Shown: positions 1 to 22,602 of the stretch, in pieces
Layout of the letters: the number at the start of each line of letters is the position of its first letter
Numbering within the stretch: position 1 is the first letter of the stretch
Assembly (NCBI RefSeq): GCF_009914755.1
Contig: NC_060931.1
Reading direction: 5' to 3' (one strand)
From: the human T2T-CHM13v2.0 reference genome, Homo sapiens
Length of the DNA: 64,000 bases
Translations under genes and position numbers: made by a program
Notes under the pieces: generated by a model
What the model was told of the DNA's origin: nothing
Databases searched by the model: none
The model's input: the letters and a program-made list of their open reading frames with translations, nothing else

Positions 1-532
1 CCCAGAACTAAGAGAGATCACAGGTGTTGGGAAATCTAATAGGCAGGAGGATAGAATTCAAAAGCAGTGACTCTTCAGATACAGTGCGTGAGGACAAAAT
101 AGGCGCCCTGTGTTGAAGAGACGATGTAACTTCTTTAGTGCCCTCCTTCCTTTTCCATTTTCTCTTGCATCTTTGGGTTTCAATTGTCCCCCCAAAATAC
201 AAATCAGAAATGCTGAAAATTTAAATCTTATTTTTCTTTTTGTATTTTGAAGAACACAGCCCAAAAGTAATAATGAAAATAGAAAGTCATATATCCTAGA
301 TTCTAAAGATTGAATGGATGTTGAAGGTCATCTAGTCAAAGCACAGAAATGGAATGCTCAGCATGGTGCAATTTCTTTCTAATTTTTTGGGGGAATTGTT
401 TAGAATGGGAAGTTAGTTTTGTGCACATCTGTATGTTTCTCTCATCTTTAAAAATGGATTTGTTCTGTTTTCTCCATGTTTCTTTTTTTCTGTAAAAATA
501 TTGAGTTAGAGGAGAGGGGACACTGAGTCTGA

Positions 533-923
<391 letters not shown>

Positions 924-2507
924 TAAAATACATGTTTTTTGATGATGTGTCAGTGCCAGCTATCATTGGAGGTCTACTTTGAGGGTTTATGGTCCATGGA
1001 AGCTAACACCAGGTGTGCCTGAGGGCTCAAAGGGAGATGAAAACCCACTGGTGGAGGACAGAAATGCCAAAGAACCAATCATCATCCAACTGACAAATCC
1101 CATTCCGGATCTTCAGTTAAATTTAAAACAGTTGTGCCTCATTCTAAAAAATAACCAATTATCTGGTTCTTTACGAGGGTAGGAAGAAGAGCCTTCGGGC
1201 CACATTCTGATGTTCTTGTCTGAAGGGGGGACCCTATGGAAGTCATAAATTAACAAATTTCATGGTTAAAAATATCTGATTTCATGCCTACTTACATCCA
1301 TATAAATGTCATATTGAAACTATGAAGTGCGTGTTGTAGCTGGGACACCCAGAGGCTCCCTTTAAACTTCTCCTTCGTGCTGTTGACTTCTACGTGATTT
1401 CTCAGGCTGTTGGAGTCTCAGCCATGGAAAATGCTGTTTCAAAAACTTCCTAGTCATTTTCAACTTTATGTTATTACAGGTTTGACTATTTTTAAACGAT
1501 TCTGATTCTGTTCCCTTCATGACACTGGGACAGAGGACAGGCTGAGGGGACTTCTCCCTGGTGTTCTCCTCAGCAGACATTCTGCAGCTTGAGCTTTTCC
1601 AGGCCCTGGGGTGCAACCGTAATGACCCAGTTACAGTGCCTCCACCTCCTCCAGTGAAATTCCTGTAGCCCAAGGACTCTTGAGATCCCTCTCTGGTGAG
1701 TCAATGGCTCTGTGGGATTTCCTGTGCACTTTAATGGATGTGCAGAATATTCTGGTCTATTTCTCCCACCCCTTGGTATCCTCTCTTTTCTTCATGACCC
1801 TCCAGGCGCTCTTTGTCTTCTGAGATACACTACTGCTATTCCTTTGAATGCTGGGATGATCTCAAGGCACTCTGGTGAAGGACTAACTCCATTTATTTCT
1901 TCTATGTTGTTGGAGTGGCACTATTTTGTTCTGCTACAAATAACACAAATGTGTCCTGGGGCTAATCTTACCAGTTATTACATATTCTATTTCTAACACA
2001 AAAAGGTAGAGCTTTTTCCTCCACCTTATCTCTATTTTTTATAGGTTCTTTCTCTGTTTACCTGTCAGGGCTGGAAGGTAATAAAAGGTTTGAGTGTCCT
2101 GTGGCATCTAATTACCTCTCTTCTTCAAGAGTCCATCCCTGAAACTCTCTCCTTGCAGGATGAGTCTTTCCTGTTAGGAATGCTGCTGACGAGATAAAGA
2201 GATGGCTGTTTGCCCTATGGCCTCTTAGAATAGGTGCTGGAGAGGAGCATGTGAGCCTTTCCCATGAAGCTGACCTACCTATAGATTAATATTGCAGATT
2301 AGCTCTAGGCTTTACCTAGTCTTCTAGGAACATCTGGGTTGACCTAAATATAAAGGGCCAGACCGTGGAGAACTCTAACCGGCCCCCTGTTTGTTTGCCC
2401 ATCCTAACATGTTTTCTTAGACATAGATAATAATTTTTGAGTTTTAAAAATTATATGCGAATGTCTTTCAATTATATTATTATTAAAAAATATTATTAAA
2501 AAAATAA

Positions 2508-2797
<290 letters not shown>

Positions 2798-3262
2798 CTT
2801 TTTAATTATATTATAACTAGCTGGGAAATGTGTCACCAATTTGCCACAGGTCTCACTATTCTCTATTGTTCACACCTTTTCTTTACTTGGCACGATGAGC
2901 TCATTGACATTCTGCTGGTCCTTGAAGTCATTCCATTTCTACTTCTGGCTTAGATTCCTGCTCAGAGACCCTATACTGATCAGCATAACAAATTTAGGCC
3001 AATGAAAGAGTGCAGCCATTGATGCATATAACATATTTAGTGTACATTATTTGATTGATTGAATTCATGAATAAGACCTTTATTCTTTTAGGATATACCT
3101 GTGTACTTACATAGATCATCAGAAAATAAGATGTCTTCACTTTTTATTGCTAGCAAGAGCTGGAAGAAAAATATAATCAAATTCTCCTGCAATTTCTGAC
3201 GTTACATGGAGATCCAACAGAAAGAAGCCAGCAACTATAGTGTAGAAAGGATTCTGAGTTTT

Positions 3263-3265
<3 letters not shown>

Positions 3266-3305
<40 letters not shown>

Positions 3306-3345
3306 GACACACATGCACAAACACACACACAAACACACACACACA
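3266..3345. repeat. (CA)n microsatellite
   Basis: Pure then interrupted CA run. Confidence 0.95.
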
Positions 3346-3749
3346 TATATACCTGCAGAGGTTCCCTAATAGCAGAGAGCCAAGGACCTTTTTATAGATG
3401 AAGAAAACAAGAGCTGAGGTGCTAGGTGAACAGTGCTAATGAGTGTGGCTGGGATATCCCCTGCCTTGGTCAGCCAGAGCACTACAGGTGCAGCTCACTT
3501 GGTGGTGTCCTCAAACCTGAAAGCCATTGTGTTCTACACTATGTAAGAAGCTACTTCTCTGGATTGGCCCCAGCATCTTCCTCTGAGCCAAGAACTTCAG
3601 TGACACTGGTGGTAGGAGAGTGAGTCTGGGCAAGAAAAAGAAGATCACAAGACAGGAATTGCCTTATGAAGAGCCCTGAAATGATAGGAAAATTTCAAGA
3701 AAATAGACATGGCACTACAAAATAAGCTTAATTTATTTTGAATTTATTG

Positions 3750-3982
3750 ATTAGATACTTATATAGTGCTTAATATGTTCCAGGCATGTCCTAAGCTCTT
3801 AAATACGTTAACTTGAATAATCACAACAACCTGGTGAGGTAGGTGTTATTGTTCCCATTTTACAGAGAAAAAGATGGAAGAACAGAGAAGTAAGGTAACT
3901 TGCCCAAGGTCACATAGCTCAAACTGGGGGAGCCAGGAAGGGAATCAATGCAGTCTCTGTGCTGAACCAAGTTGCTACGGCA
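3750..3982 (-). mobile_element. MIR
   Basis: Core CCCATTTTACAGAG...GTAACTTGCCCAAGGTCACATAGCT. Confidence 0.85.
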
Positions 3983-4314
3983 TTTCCCTAGTGAAGTGAA
4001 GGGGCTGGTAGACAGGAAGTGAGGATAGTTAGGCTCAGGAGGTGGATTTCTTTCAGGACAGGACTTGCTGACTTTCCCCAGGCTACACCATTGTTGTGGC
4101 TCCCTAGAGTAAGGAGAAAAGAATGTGAGAGAGAAGAGGAGCTGCTCTCACCTCCTCCCCACCCCACTTCACTTGGCTCCTGACCCCACCTTCTCATTGG
4201 CTCTGGTTCCTCACTTGGCTGGGAGGTGCATCCATTCAGGTAAATGATGCACTTACAATATAAGATGTAAACACTTATATTGGAAATATTTCAGGAATAC
4301 TTCAGGAAGAAAAC

Positions 4315-4497
4315 CGGACTAAGAATTATGAGAATTGGATTCTAGGATTTTCTCTGCCTCTAACCAGCTGTGTGACCTTTGGAAAATCATAACTTCTCTG
4401 GACTTGTGATTCTTCATCTGTTAAAAAAAATGAAACAAGACTGGACTAGAATATTGCAAAGCTTCCTTAGAGTTTAGATACTCCATGATTCTATGAT
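4315..4497 (+). mobile_element. MIR3-like SINE
   Basis: AGCTGTGTGACCTTTGGAAAATCA core and L3-type tail GGACTAGA...ATGATTCTATGA. Confidence 0.7.
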
Positions 4498-5715
4498 ATA
4501 AACAAACCAAATATTTTAGCAAATGTTCCTATAATGTTGATAAAACAACTTAAAATGTCTGAGCTAATTTCAACTCCATGCATTTCAAAAACAAGATCTC
4601 TCCTCATTTTTGTTTTCACTCTTGTTTTTTGTTTATATACATGTTCTTACTTGTTACCCCAGAAGGTGAGGAAAGCTTCATACTGTCTGACCAGGTTTTC
4701 CTTTATTTTATTGTTTTATATTATTTTATCACAGTTTAAATGTCATAATACAAATCAGAATAGTCCAAAATAGTGCAAAGCCTGTCAAGATTTTTTTGAG
4801 GAAATTCACAGGAACTTCCTGTATTTTCACAACCATTTAGCATATGCCAGATGGGAAAAATAATGCATTGCTTCCCGAGGAAGTGGGACATTTAGTAAGA
4901 CAGTTTTTCACACATAAAAATACTGTCTTTTATCTCTGAACTACCCATGGATCTATGAAGGGAAAAAATGCCTTGGATCTGTAAGGTTTTTGTGGTAAGA
5001 AGTCCCTGTGTGAATCAGAGAAGAACTTACTGAAACTCTGTTCTGTGTAAGCACTCTTATAGGTGTTGTGGGGATTTAAAGAAGAAACAGAGGCCTCCTA
5101 CCCAGCTTAAAGAGATTAGGCTTCTAGGAAAACAAAACATGTTAAACTATGCAGTTACAGGAAGCTGAGAGTGTGAGATGGTGTCCAGGGCAGATCAGTA
5201 GCTTTGAGGGTTACTTCAAAGCCTGTGTCCGAAGCCACCAACACCTTATAAAAACTCAGGGACCACACTTCTTGGCTCAGAGAATTCCTATGAGGTTTGG
5301 CCACCACCTTCTGCTTTTGCTTGTGAACTTTTTGTTATCATCTTGCCACGTTGTAACAGGATGTCACCTCCCTGCCCAGCCCTCATGTGGAGACAACCTG
5401 GAGGTTGCCAGGCCTCCATGGGCTGGCCCTGAGGCTCCCCAGTGTGCAGGGCCTCTGCTCAGCCCAAGTCGGGTGGAGTCTTCCAGTCATCCTTCCCTCC
5501 TGGTTCTCTCGCAGCTCACCTCCAATCCAATCCCTCAGAAAATCTTCTGCCTTTAAGACACATGGAGTCTGACCACTTCCCTCCACTCTCCACCACTTCT
5601 CCTATGACCAAAGCCAAACTCATTCCCAGCCTGGAGTCCCATAGCAGCCTCTGAACTGGTTTTCCTGGTCTGCCCATGCCCTCTTCTTCCAGCCTCCCGT
5701 AAACTTAGTGTTTTT

Positions 5716-6165
5716 GAACAACAGTCATTTGATCATTTCTCCTGATTCTGTGGGGTTAAGCAGGGCTCTGCTGGATGGATTTCCACTGGGGCCTCTCCTG
5801 TGGCTGCATCAGATGAAGGCCAGGATGGAGTGTCCAAGGTGGCTTCTCCCACATTCGGTCCTTAACAGGCTCGTCTAGAACATCTAGGCCTCCAGTTCTT
5901 TTCCTGTCATCTCAGGGTGTCTTCCTCTCCATATGATCTCTTCACAGGAGCGTTCCAACAGGGTAGCTGGACTTCCAACATGGAGTCTTGGGGCCCCTAA
6001 AGTGGACAAAGCCAAAGCCACCAGGCCTTCTCAAGCAATCCTCTGGTTAAAGGCAATCCCAGAGCCAGCCCAGATTCAGGGTGGGAGAGGACTATCACTA
6101 CTAAAGGGTGTGAATGCTGGCCGAGGGGGACAGGGAATGGCTTGTTAGAGGCCACCTTTGGAATC
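5716..6165 (-). mobile_element. MLT1-family MaLR LTR (old)
   Basis: GGGTAGCTGGACTTCC...GCCAGCCCAGATTCAGGGTGGGAG...GGTGTGAAT pattern. Confidence 0.65.
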
Positions 6166-6169
6166 CAGA

Positions 6170-6810
6170 GACCATATCCTTTACAATCTGTTTTGTGCAC
6201 AATGAGAAATATCTTATTAAACCTGTGTCAGACCACACCCCTCTGCTCAAAACTCTCCACTGGTTTCTCCTGTCACTCAGAGTAAAAGCTGAAATCTTGC
6301 CAAAGGTGCCCAAGGCTCGCACCATCTAGGCTTAGCCCTCTGACCTCATGCCTTCCCTCTTTTCTACTCTTTCCCTTTGCTCCAGCCACACCTGGCTCCC
6401 GGCCTTCTCTGGCACTCGGAAAACTCTATCTCAGGGAGTACTCTTCCTCCAGAAACCTCTATGACTTCCTCTTTCACCTTCTTTAGGGCATCACGCAAAC
6501 ATCCCCCTCTCCATACTCTCTTCCCTGGCTCCTCTGTCTAAAATTATAAAGCCAACTGCCCTATGCTCCATTCCTCTTCTGAGGTTTATTTTTTTTGTAC
6601 CATACTGACCATAACCATTGAAAAAAATACATATTACTATTTTACTTTTTAATCCCATTCTTCTGCATTTCTTCCTATAATAGAATAATAGATTTTTTTA
6701 AAAAGTAACTCCGTAACAGAAGGATTTTTGCCTTTTTATTCACTACATTTTTCTCAGCACCCACAATAGTGCTGGCAAATCATAGGGGTTTGACAAATAT
6801 ACGTTAACTA
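6170..6810 (+). mobile_element. L2 3' fragment
   Basis: CTGCTCAAAACTCTCCACTGG...CTCCAGCCACACCTGGC and a degenerate L2 3' end. Confidence 0.75.
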
Positions 6811-6847
6811 ACTAACTAACTAACTAACTAACATTAACTGGATGGAA

Positions 6848-6881
<34 letters not shown>

Positions 6882-7167
6882 ATGGATGGGTGGATGGGTG
6901 GATGGGTAGGTGGATGGAAAAATGGGTGTGTGGGTAGGCAGATGGGTGGGTAGGCAGATGGGTGGATGGATGGGTGGATGGATGAATGGGTGGGTAGGTA
7001 GATAGGTGGATGGAATGATGGATTGATGGATGGGTGGATGCATGGGTGGATGAGTGGACGGATGGGTGGGTAGGTGGGTGGATGGGTGGATGGATGGATG
7101 GATGGATGGATGGATGGATGGATGGATGGTTGGATGGATAGATGGATGGATGGATGGATGGAGGATG
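6805..7167. repeat. (TAAC)n followed by (GGAT/GGGT)n tetranucleotide array
   Basis: Directly visible; explains the HPSI and MDGW ORFs. Confidence 0.95.
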
Positions 7168-8660
7168 TGGGCTCCTACTTCCACCTCAGACTGCTGCTTG
7201 TTGTACCCCTCTGAGCTCCTGGGACCTTGTTTGTCTAGGAGCATGTAGATAAGTGCTCAGAAAAAAGCACTTGAAGTGGGCCTTGAAAGACTGCGGGGGT
7301 TTTCAATAATTGAGAGGTTAGCGAGAGGACATCCTGGAGGAGGGGAGTGTTTGGTGTTGTATTTTACGGCATACTAACAAAAGTGGAAAGAACCATCTTG
7401 GGAAAGTGAGCCTTGGTTGATGAGAACCCAGGATTCAACTTGGGAAGATGTAGAAAATCACACCGCCTAGCCAGGACAGTGAATCGGGCATGGTGAGATA
7501 CTTTCTACAGATTGTCAGTATCTTCACCACAATGCTCCAGGAAGGCATTACTCCTCCCACTTTCCAGATGGGGAAACTGAAGCTCAGAAAATTTAAATCA
7601 CATAACTAGGTCAAGATTCAGAGTCCAGTGGAATTAAATTCATGTCTGCCAGTGTTCTTTATTCTGCACAATCTTCAACTCACTACTTAATTGCCTCCTT
7701 AAAGTCTTCAAAAAAAGAGACTTGATCTTAACAGTTTTAGACTGAGGGATGGGGAAGCATAACAAATGGTTTTTGGATGGAATATTAAAAGAATCCATTT
7801 CCCCTTAATTCACATAATGAAAAAGCTTCAGAAAATTATTATTTGAAGGTAAATCAGTGGTCTTAAGTTATCAGGAAAGTAGAATTTACTTTCCACATAA
7901 AGTTTCACTACTTGTTGCTTTGCTGACTACTGAATTTTTTTTAGAGCTTTTTAAACCCCAACTTCTAGTTTGAAAATGCTTCATTTGGCAAGTCGGAGAA
8001 TCAGTTCTTTCATTCAACAGTGAGACATCAATATTTTATTCTTTGGTCTTCCTGCATTCTTGATCTTTACAAGGGGAGGCCCATGGATTCCCAGAGAGGT
8101 GGCGAGCTCCATGGAACCAGAAATATTCCCCAGCAAAGCGGGGGATGCTCAGGGTATCTGTATTCCATGGAAGACCATGCTAATAGATTTCACTGGTCAC
8201 TTCCAACTTCAAGATTCCATGTTTCTTTCCAAAATATTGCTCACATGTGTAAGGTTTGGAAAGAAAATTGTAAATTATGTAGTTTATTTAGAGCTTAAAA
8301 CACATGAAGTGGAGTAGTAAAAAATAAAAGGTTAAAAAAGTAAGAGGAAGGCAGAGTAAAATGGTATATGTATATTATATATTTAAAGAAGAAAAATGTG
8401 TTGAAGACTTTGGATAGAAAGCAATTTTAGGCAACAAAAGCCACTGAAGAACAGGGGAGATATGATAGTATTTGGATTGAGAAAGATGACTAGAAAGACA
8501 CTATAAGTGCCTTATACAAAGGGAGGGTGAGTCGAAACCTGGTAATTGGGATTTGGTATTATCAGATTCCTGCTTCTATTTCCAGTGTGAGATTGCATGA
8601 GAAGACTTTTAAGTCTTTAAAGTGACATGCTAATTGTATCCCTGAGAAGATATAATGCTC

Positions 8661-9308
<648 letters not shown>

Positions 9309-10229
9309 ATTCTTAATATTAAGGGCATGGTGGCATTTCACAAGCCATGTGAGATTATGTGCATGTGAGAGAGAGAGTAAGACTAAGACACACACACACA
9401 CACACACAAACACACATACAATATAAAGAGCTGAAATAAGTCACCAAAATAATTCTGTATATTTAACTGTTTTCATGATGTGTTTCTGCTTACAGTCTCA
9501 AAAAAGCTCCCACTTTTTCAAATGTTATGGGAAAAGATTGTTTCAAATTTTATTTTATTTCTTAATGCTCACATTGATTTCAGTATTTAAGGAGTAATTT
9601 TAAAGTTGGTTTTTTTTTTATTTCTTGCAGTTAGGATTGGGACCTCACTTTTTAAACAGAATCTTAAGTTGGACCTCAATATATAAAACAGATAACGCTG
9701 AGCAGCCATCAAGAAGAGAGGAAGGAGACCTGAAATACCAGTCTCTTGGACTTCCCTTCCAGGTCCTCTGCTGCTCCTTCAGCTCCCCTCCTGCGGACCA
9801 GGTGGCCCCCCTCAGAATGTCATTCACTCAGGCCTCCTAAAATGTCAACATTCCCCAGGGACAGAGGCCTTTCCTCTGGCTGGGTCACATGATCAGGTGA
9901 TTCAAAAGGCGGGATGGGGTTTCCTGAAAATACCTGTCCTCTCTAGAAAATGTAAAAGCATCACTTTGCTTTTAAGGGATGTCATTACAAACTTTATTCA
10001 CATGTTGTGAATAATCCCTTGCTTTACTTTCTAAGTGTTAACCATTCCCATTTTTAGTAGATTTGATTTAAGCTTATTTCTGTAATATGCAAATTCCTGA
10101 TAAGCACCTACTTTCAAGTACTATTAACATGATATTTAATCTCTCGTGTGTGTGTGTATGTGTATGTGTGTATGTGTGTATATGTATATATATATGCATA
10201 GAGAGAGATGGTTATTTTTAAACTTCATG

Positions 10230-17388
<7,159 letters not shown>

Positions 17389-17469
17389 ATATATTTTTAT
17401 GTGCAGTGCTTTTATTTTTATTTTCATCATTTTCTAAATAGGGGCAAATCTAATCAAGAAGTTAATTTT

Positions 17470-17818
<349 letters not shown>

Positions 17819-18061
17819 TCAATTAAAAAATAAGCACTTCACACTGTGGACAGTACAAGGCAAATCTGATGTTTATTTTTTATTAAGCAGCTCATTTTTT
17901 CCCTAGCCCCACTTCAACTTAAAAACTGTAGAGTTGAGGTCCATGCGACTCTGCTAAAATAACAACAGTCCTATCCTCTCATAGCTTGGCCTTGCCACTT
18001 TGATTAAAGGAGATTGTTCTTTCATTCCATTTACCCTTTAATGTAAATTGTAGACATCTAC

Positions 18062-18358
18062 TTTTTTTTTTTTTTTTTTTGAGATGGAGTCTCGCTCTGT
18101 CGCCAGGCTGGAGTGCAGTGGTGCGATCTTGGCTCACTGCAACCTCTGCCTCCTGAGTTCAAGCGAATCCCTTGTTTCAGCCTCCCAAGTACTTGGGACT
18201 ACAGGTGGGTGGCACCAAGCCCAGCTAATTTTTGTATTTTTAGTAGATATGGGGTTTCACCATTCTGGCCAGTATTGTCTCGATCTCTTGACCTCATAAT
18301 CCGCCCGGCCTCAGCCTCCCAATTTTGGGATTACAGGGATGAGCCATTGCGCCTGGCC
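18062..18358 (-). mobile_element. AluSc
   Basis: CTGTCGCCAGG single-base deletion and CGATCTCTTGACC; TSD GACATCTAC. Confidence 0.93.
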
Positions 18359-19779
18359 GACATCTACCCTTTATGTAGTGCAATGTGTCCGTCTTTGCCA
18401 TAGAGGGTAGATGACTACAATCTCCTGAGTATGCTTCTCTCTGGCTCTTCCTGTTTCTATCTGCAACTCAATGAATGACCTCACTTCATGAAGCAATGCG
18501 TCACTGCCTATGTCCTTCCTCATTCTGCCATCTTGCATTTGTGGCAGCTGTAATCTCCAAATGGATAATGGATGAAATGTACTGGTGGATGTGGACTAGG
18601 GACAAGGAGTTGTCACCAGCTGTCTCAGAAAGCATTTCTTTCACAGATTAGAGCATTTCTGAGTGTTTTTTGGTGCAGCAATGCTTCATGTCTGTCAGAT
18701 GGATCTTCTACGTGTCTGTGAGATATAGCAGAGAGCATATAGTGCCTCCTCTCTGCTTCACATTATGTCTTATGTTTTCTCTTTCAAAAGGAATATGTGG
18801 ACGCTCCAGAAAGTTTTCCAATCCCATCCATCACTCATGTAACTCTTTATATTGCTTCGGATGAAGGGAGGTTGTAAATGAATTCTCTCAGAGTCTCTGC
18901 TGGGACAACTTTCTACCTCCCCATTGGTTTCATGGAGAGTTGAGAGACAGCGAATTAAAACAATTAGCTAGCTGGCATCACAGCCCTCAAGTCATAAAGC
19001 ATCTGAAAATGCCTTTATTTAACTTGATAAGCCCTTAAACTAACTTGACAGCTTTTATACCCTCAATGGTAACTCACCCCACACCTTCAGAGGATCTAAA
19101 TTTCTGGGTTAACAAAGAATCTGCCAAAACCTTCCCTTAGAAATTCTGGACTGGTGAGATTGTATTCTCCATGGATTCTTCTTAAAGATCCATTTATTAA
19201 AGAGAAACATTTGGCCTACTATAATTAACTTGTAACCTGTGATACAAAATTTTTAAATCTATCACTAACCAAAGAAACCATTATTATATCAAATCGTCAG
19301 TTATTTTGTAATAATAACCACCACCGCAAGCTGAGATAAAAATGATCATTTCCTTTATATTTTAAACGTTAATGTTCAACATAATCACTCCCAAACTTAT
19401 ACCTGAAAGTAGAATGTTTACATTAGAAACTGAGAAAAACAATATTGAACCTCTGTATCACAATTCTAGACAGAACAAAAAATGAAAAACAGAATAAAAC
19501 TAACCCAGTCTCATGTTTTCAGCATCCAGAGTTCTAAGCAATTTAATTCTCATTTTGATCAGTACAATAAGAGATGAATGAAGAGAGGCTAATGCTCATT
19601 TGTTTGATTAGGGAATGGAATGAAGTTGTTGAATCCTCAGCCATTTCTTCCTCAAGCCCTTGCTAGGTGTTCTTGCCCAACCCCTTTCCTCCACTCTTTT
19701 GCCCAATGTGGTCTTTAATACTATGAAATTTAATTTAATTTGTTAAATTTGACTTTTAATTTATTATTCTTAGTAGCCT

Positions 19780-20392
19780 GATAATTGCTATTGATAAAAC
19801 TTAAAACCGATTGTATCTGTCCTCTGCTGAAAACCCTCTAGTGGAGTACCTCAATCAAGAGAAAGCTGCGTCCTTATGACTCAGGGCCCTACACATGCTG
19901 GTCCTTTTTCCTTTTTGCTTTCATTTCTTACTACTCTCTCTGTGGCTTCCTCCATTGCAGCCATCCAGGTCCCATTGCCTTTTCTTGCTCATGGTAAGCG
20001 GACACCTACCTGCACCATTTTCTTTGCACTTTCTCTGCTTTTCTAGTGAAAGGCTCTTTTCCCAGGAATTAACTGATTTTACTTCCTCAGGAATTTGGGG
20101 CCTTCATTCAATGTTACCTTCTCGGTAGAATCTTTCTGCCCATTCTAGTTAAAATTGTAACCATCTGCCCTCAATGCCATTGTCTTTCCCTGCTTTTTCT
20201 CTACAGTGCTTACCACTCGCAGATGTGCTATGCACTGTTAATTATTTTCTGTGTTCATTGTGTAGCTCTCATCTCTAGAACGGAAACTACATAAGAAAAG
20301 GGATTTTTGCTTGCTTCTTTTCTCTGCTCTACTGCAGTGCCTGTAATACTGCATGATACACATATATATGCTCAATATGTATTTGTCGAGTG
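19780..20392 (+). mobile_element. L2a 3' fragment
   Basis: CTGCTGAAAACCCTCTAGTGG... ending GCTCAATATGTATTTGTCGA. Confidence 0.75.
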
Positions 20393-20802
20393 TCCAGAGA
20401 GTAAAGCCTGCAAAGCTATAAAATAATAGATAACCACATTGAAATTAATCCATCATTTTAGTTAGGTTTTCTCTTCTTACTTTGATCTAGATGGTTTCCC
20501 AAAGGATTTATAGATATATTATTATATCACTTTACCAAACTCTATCACCATTACTCTTATTTTAAGAAACAGTAATACAGGTAAATAATTTCCCCTAAAT
20601 TCTGAAAGTCAAAATCCAGGCTGTGTCACCTTTAGAGCCACCAGAAGTTGCCGCAGAAGGATAGAATGGCTCTTTCTTATGACAAGGCTCTCTTTCAACC
20701 AGCAGCTCCTTCTAGGGGATATGAAAGGAAGTTTTAGTCTTCAAGGACCTTTGAAATGATGTGTCTGTCTCTCATGAATCAATGTAAAATTATTACACGT
20801 CA

Positions 20803-21055
20803 GGCCAGGCGCGGTGGCTCACGCCTGTAATCCCAGCACTTTGGGAGGCTGAGGTGGGCAGATCACAAGGTCAGGAGATCGAGACGATCCTGGCTAACAC
20901 GGTGAAACCTTGTCTCTACTAAAAATATAAAAAGTTAGCCGGGTGAGGTGGCAGGTGCCTGTAGTCCCAGCTACTCGGGAGGCTGAGACAGGAGAATGGC
21001 GTGAACCCGGGAGGCAGAGCTTTTAGTGAGCCGAGATCACGCCACTGCACTCAAA

Positions 21056-21083
<28 letters not shown>
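20803..21083 (+). mobile_element. AluY lacking the last ~30 nt of the right arm
   Basis: Y diagnostics (CCTGGCTAACACGG, GAATGGCGTGAACC); 17-bp perfect TSD AAAATTATTACACGTCA (20786-20802, 21084-21100). Confidence 0.95.
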
Positions 21084-21087
<4 letters not shown>

Positions 21088-22472
21088 TTATTACACGTCA
21101 GTATATTTTTTACTGATATATATTATAGTAACATATTAAAATATATAATATTAAAGTTTCTCACCCAAATTTCACAAGACATTTCACAATATATCTACAT
21201 TTCTGACAATGAAATCCTAGAGTGAAGTGAAGGCAAAAGAGTCAAAAGACAGAACCCCTAATAAGTTAAGGTGAGGGACAGAGCTGTCAATTAATGTGAG
21301 TCACTAAAAATTTACCCTCTGGCCTGCAAACCAACCCCTGGAAAACGTCAATTCAGATTCCTAATACTCTTAGGAATTCAGGAAAAGGGGAGATAACAAT
21401 GGGTAGAAGGTGTTTAAATGCTTTCCGGAAGAAAGCAGGCTTTGGCTAGGCATTAAAGGATAAGAAGAATTTGCAGAGAAGGAAAAATATGTGTCTTAGG
21501 TAGGGAGCCACTATATCTGAAAATTACTCCAAAAATAACACATACACATGGTCTTCCTTATGCATTTATGCATAATTAGGTAACTGTGAGGATACTGGTT
21601 TGACTTAAGTTAAAATTCATATGAAGGGAGTATATTGAAATAATTTTGGAAAGGAAATTTGGGATTGCTTCAGGTGCAAGGATAGGATCTTTAAAATAGG
21701 CAGAGTCATTGAGACTGAAACTAACAGATGAGAGAGTTCTGTAGAAACTTGACAAAGGAATACCATGATTTATACTCCAGAGAATTGAAAGAAACTTCTT
21801 TACCAACATGGTAACATCTAGATTGGAGAAGCAGAATAAAGTGAAGAATCAAGTTAGAAGATAATGTCTAACATGATATACTAGACATGAGATCATCAGA
21901 CCTTAATTAAAGATTCAAAAATTCCTAGAAATTTTAAAATGACAAAAAGCCAGGAGAATATTAAAACGTGAGAAATTTTGAATGAAATTGAGTTTTGTAA
22001 ATTTGAACTCAATCACTTGTTTTAATAAAACAATGTATATTTGACATGACAGTTTATTTGTAAGTGATTATTTATTGCACATGAAATCTAAAAACTTTTT
22101 CTACTCAGAAATTATTTAAAAAGTACTTGTTGAATTCACTTTTATATGTTATTAATTGTTTTACAAATGGCTATGCGTGTGGCTGGACTCATTTCTCCTA
22201 AACCTGTATGTCTGTATGGGAAACAGACATACAGTGAAGAGAGTAAGCCATCCACATTGCTAGTAACACAATAAAGGTGATTTTGTTTCCCAGCTTTAGT
22301 GATCTCCACTGTGTCAAGCAGGTATAGAAAGCACTGGATGTCAGACAGAAGTGAAAAGGAAAAAAAAAAAAGGGAAACCAAGGATCAGCCTGCATAGAAC
22401 TTAGAACACGTGGAACTTTGTTGAATGAGGTTTATTTGCTGAACAATCATGATTATTTCCTGTTTCTTCTGA

Positions 22473-22602
22473 TGCTTCCTTCATACAAACTTTGTGAACT
22501 TCCAAAAAGTCAAAGTTCATTTAGATATCAGTTCTCTTGCTTCCTACATACAAACTTTGTGAACTTCCAAAAAGTCAAAGTTAATGTAGATATCAATTCT
22601 CT
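22473..22602. repeat. 65-bp tandem duplication (2 copies, 4 mismatches)
   Basis: Units 22473-22537 and 22538-22602 aligned by eye. Confidence 0.92.

Noticed and set aside
6834-7248. HPSI- and MDGW-repeat ORFs
   Set aside because: Translations of the GGAT microsatellite.
9611-9900. Strong + strand acceptor at 9630
   Set aside because: No convincing downstream donor or recognisable peptide.
22473-22602. Direct repeats as a possible CRISPR array
   Set aside because: Two abutting copies without spacers, in eukaryotic DNA.
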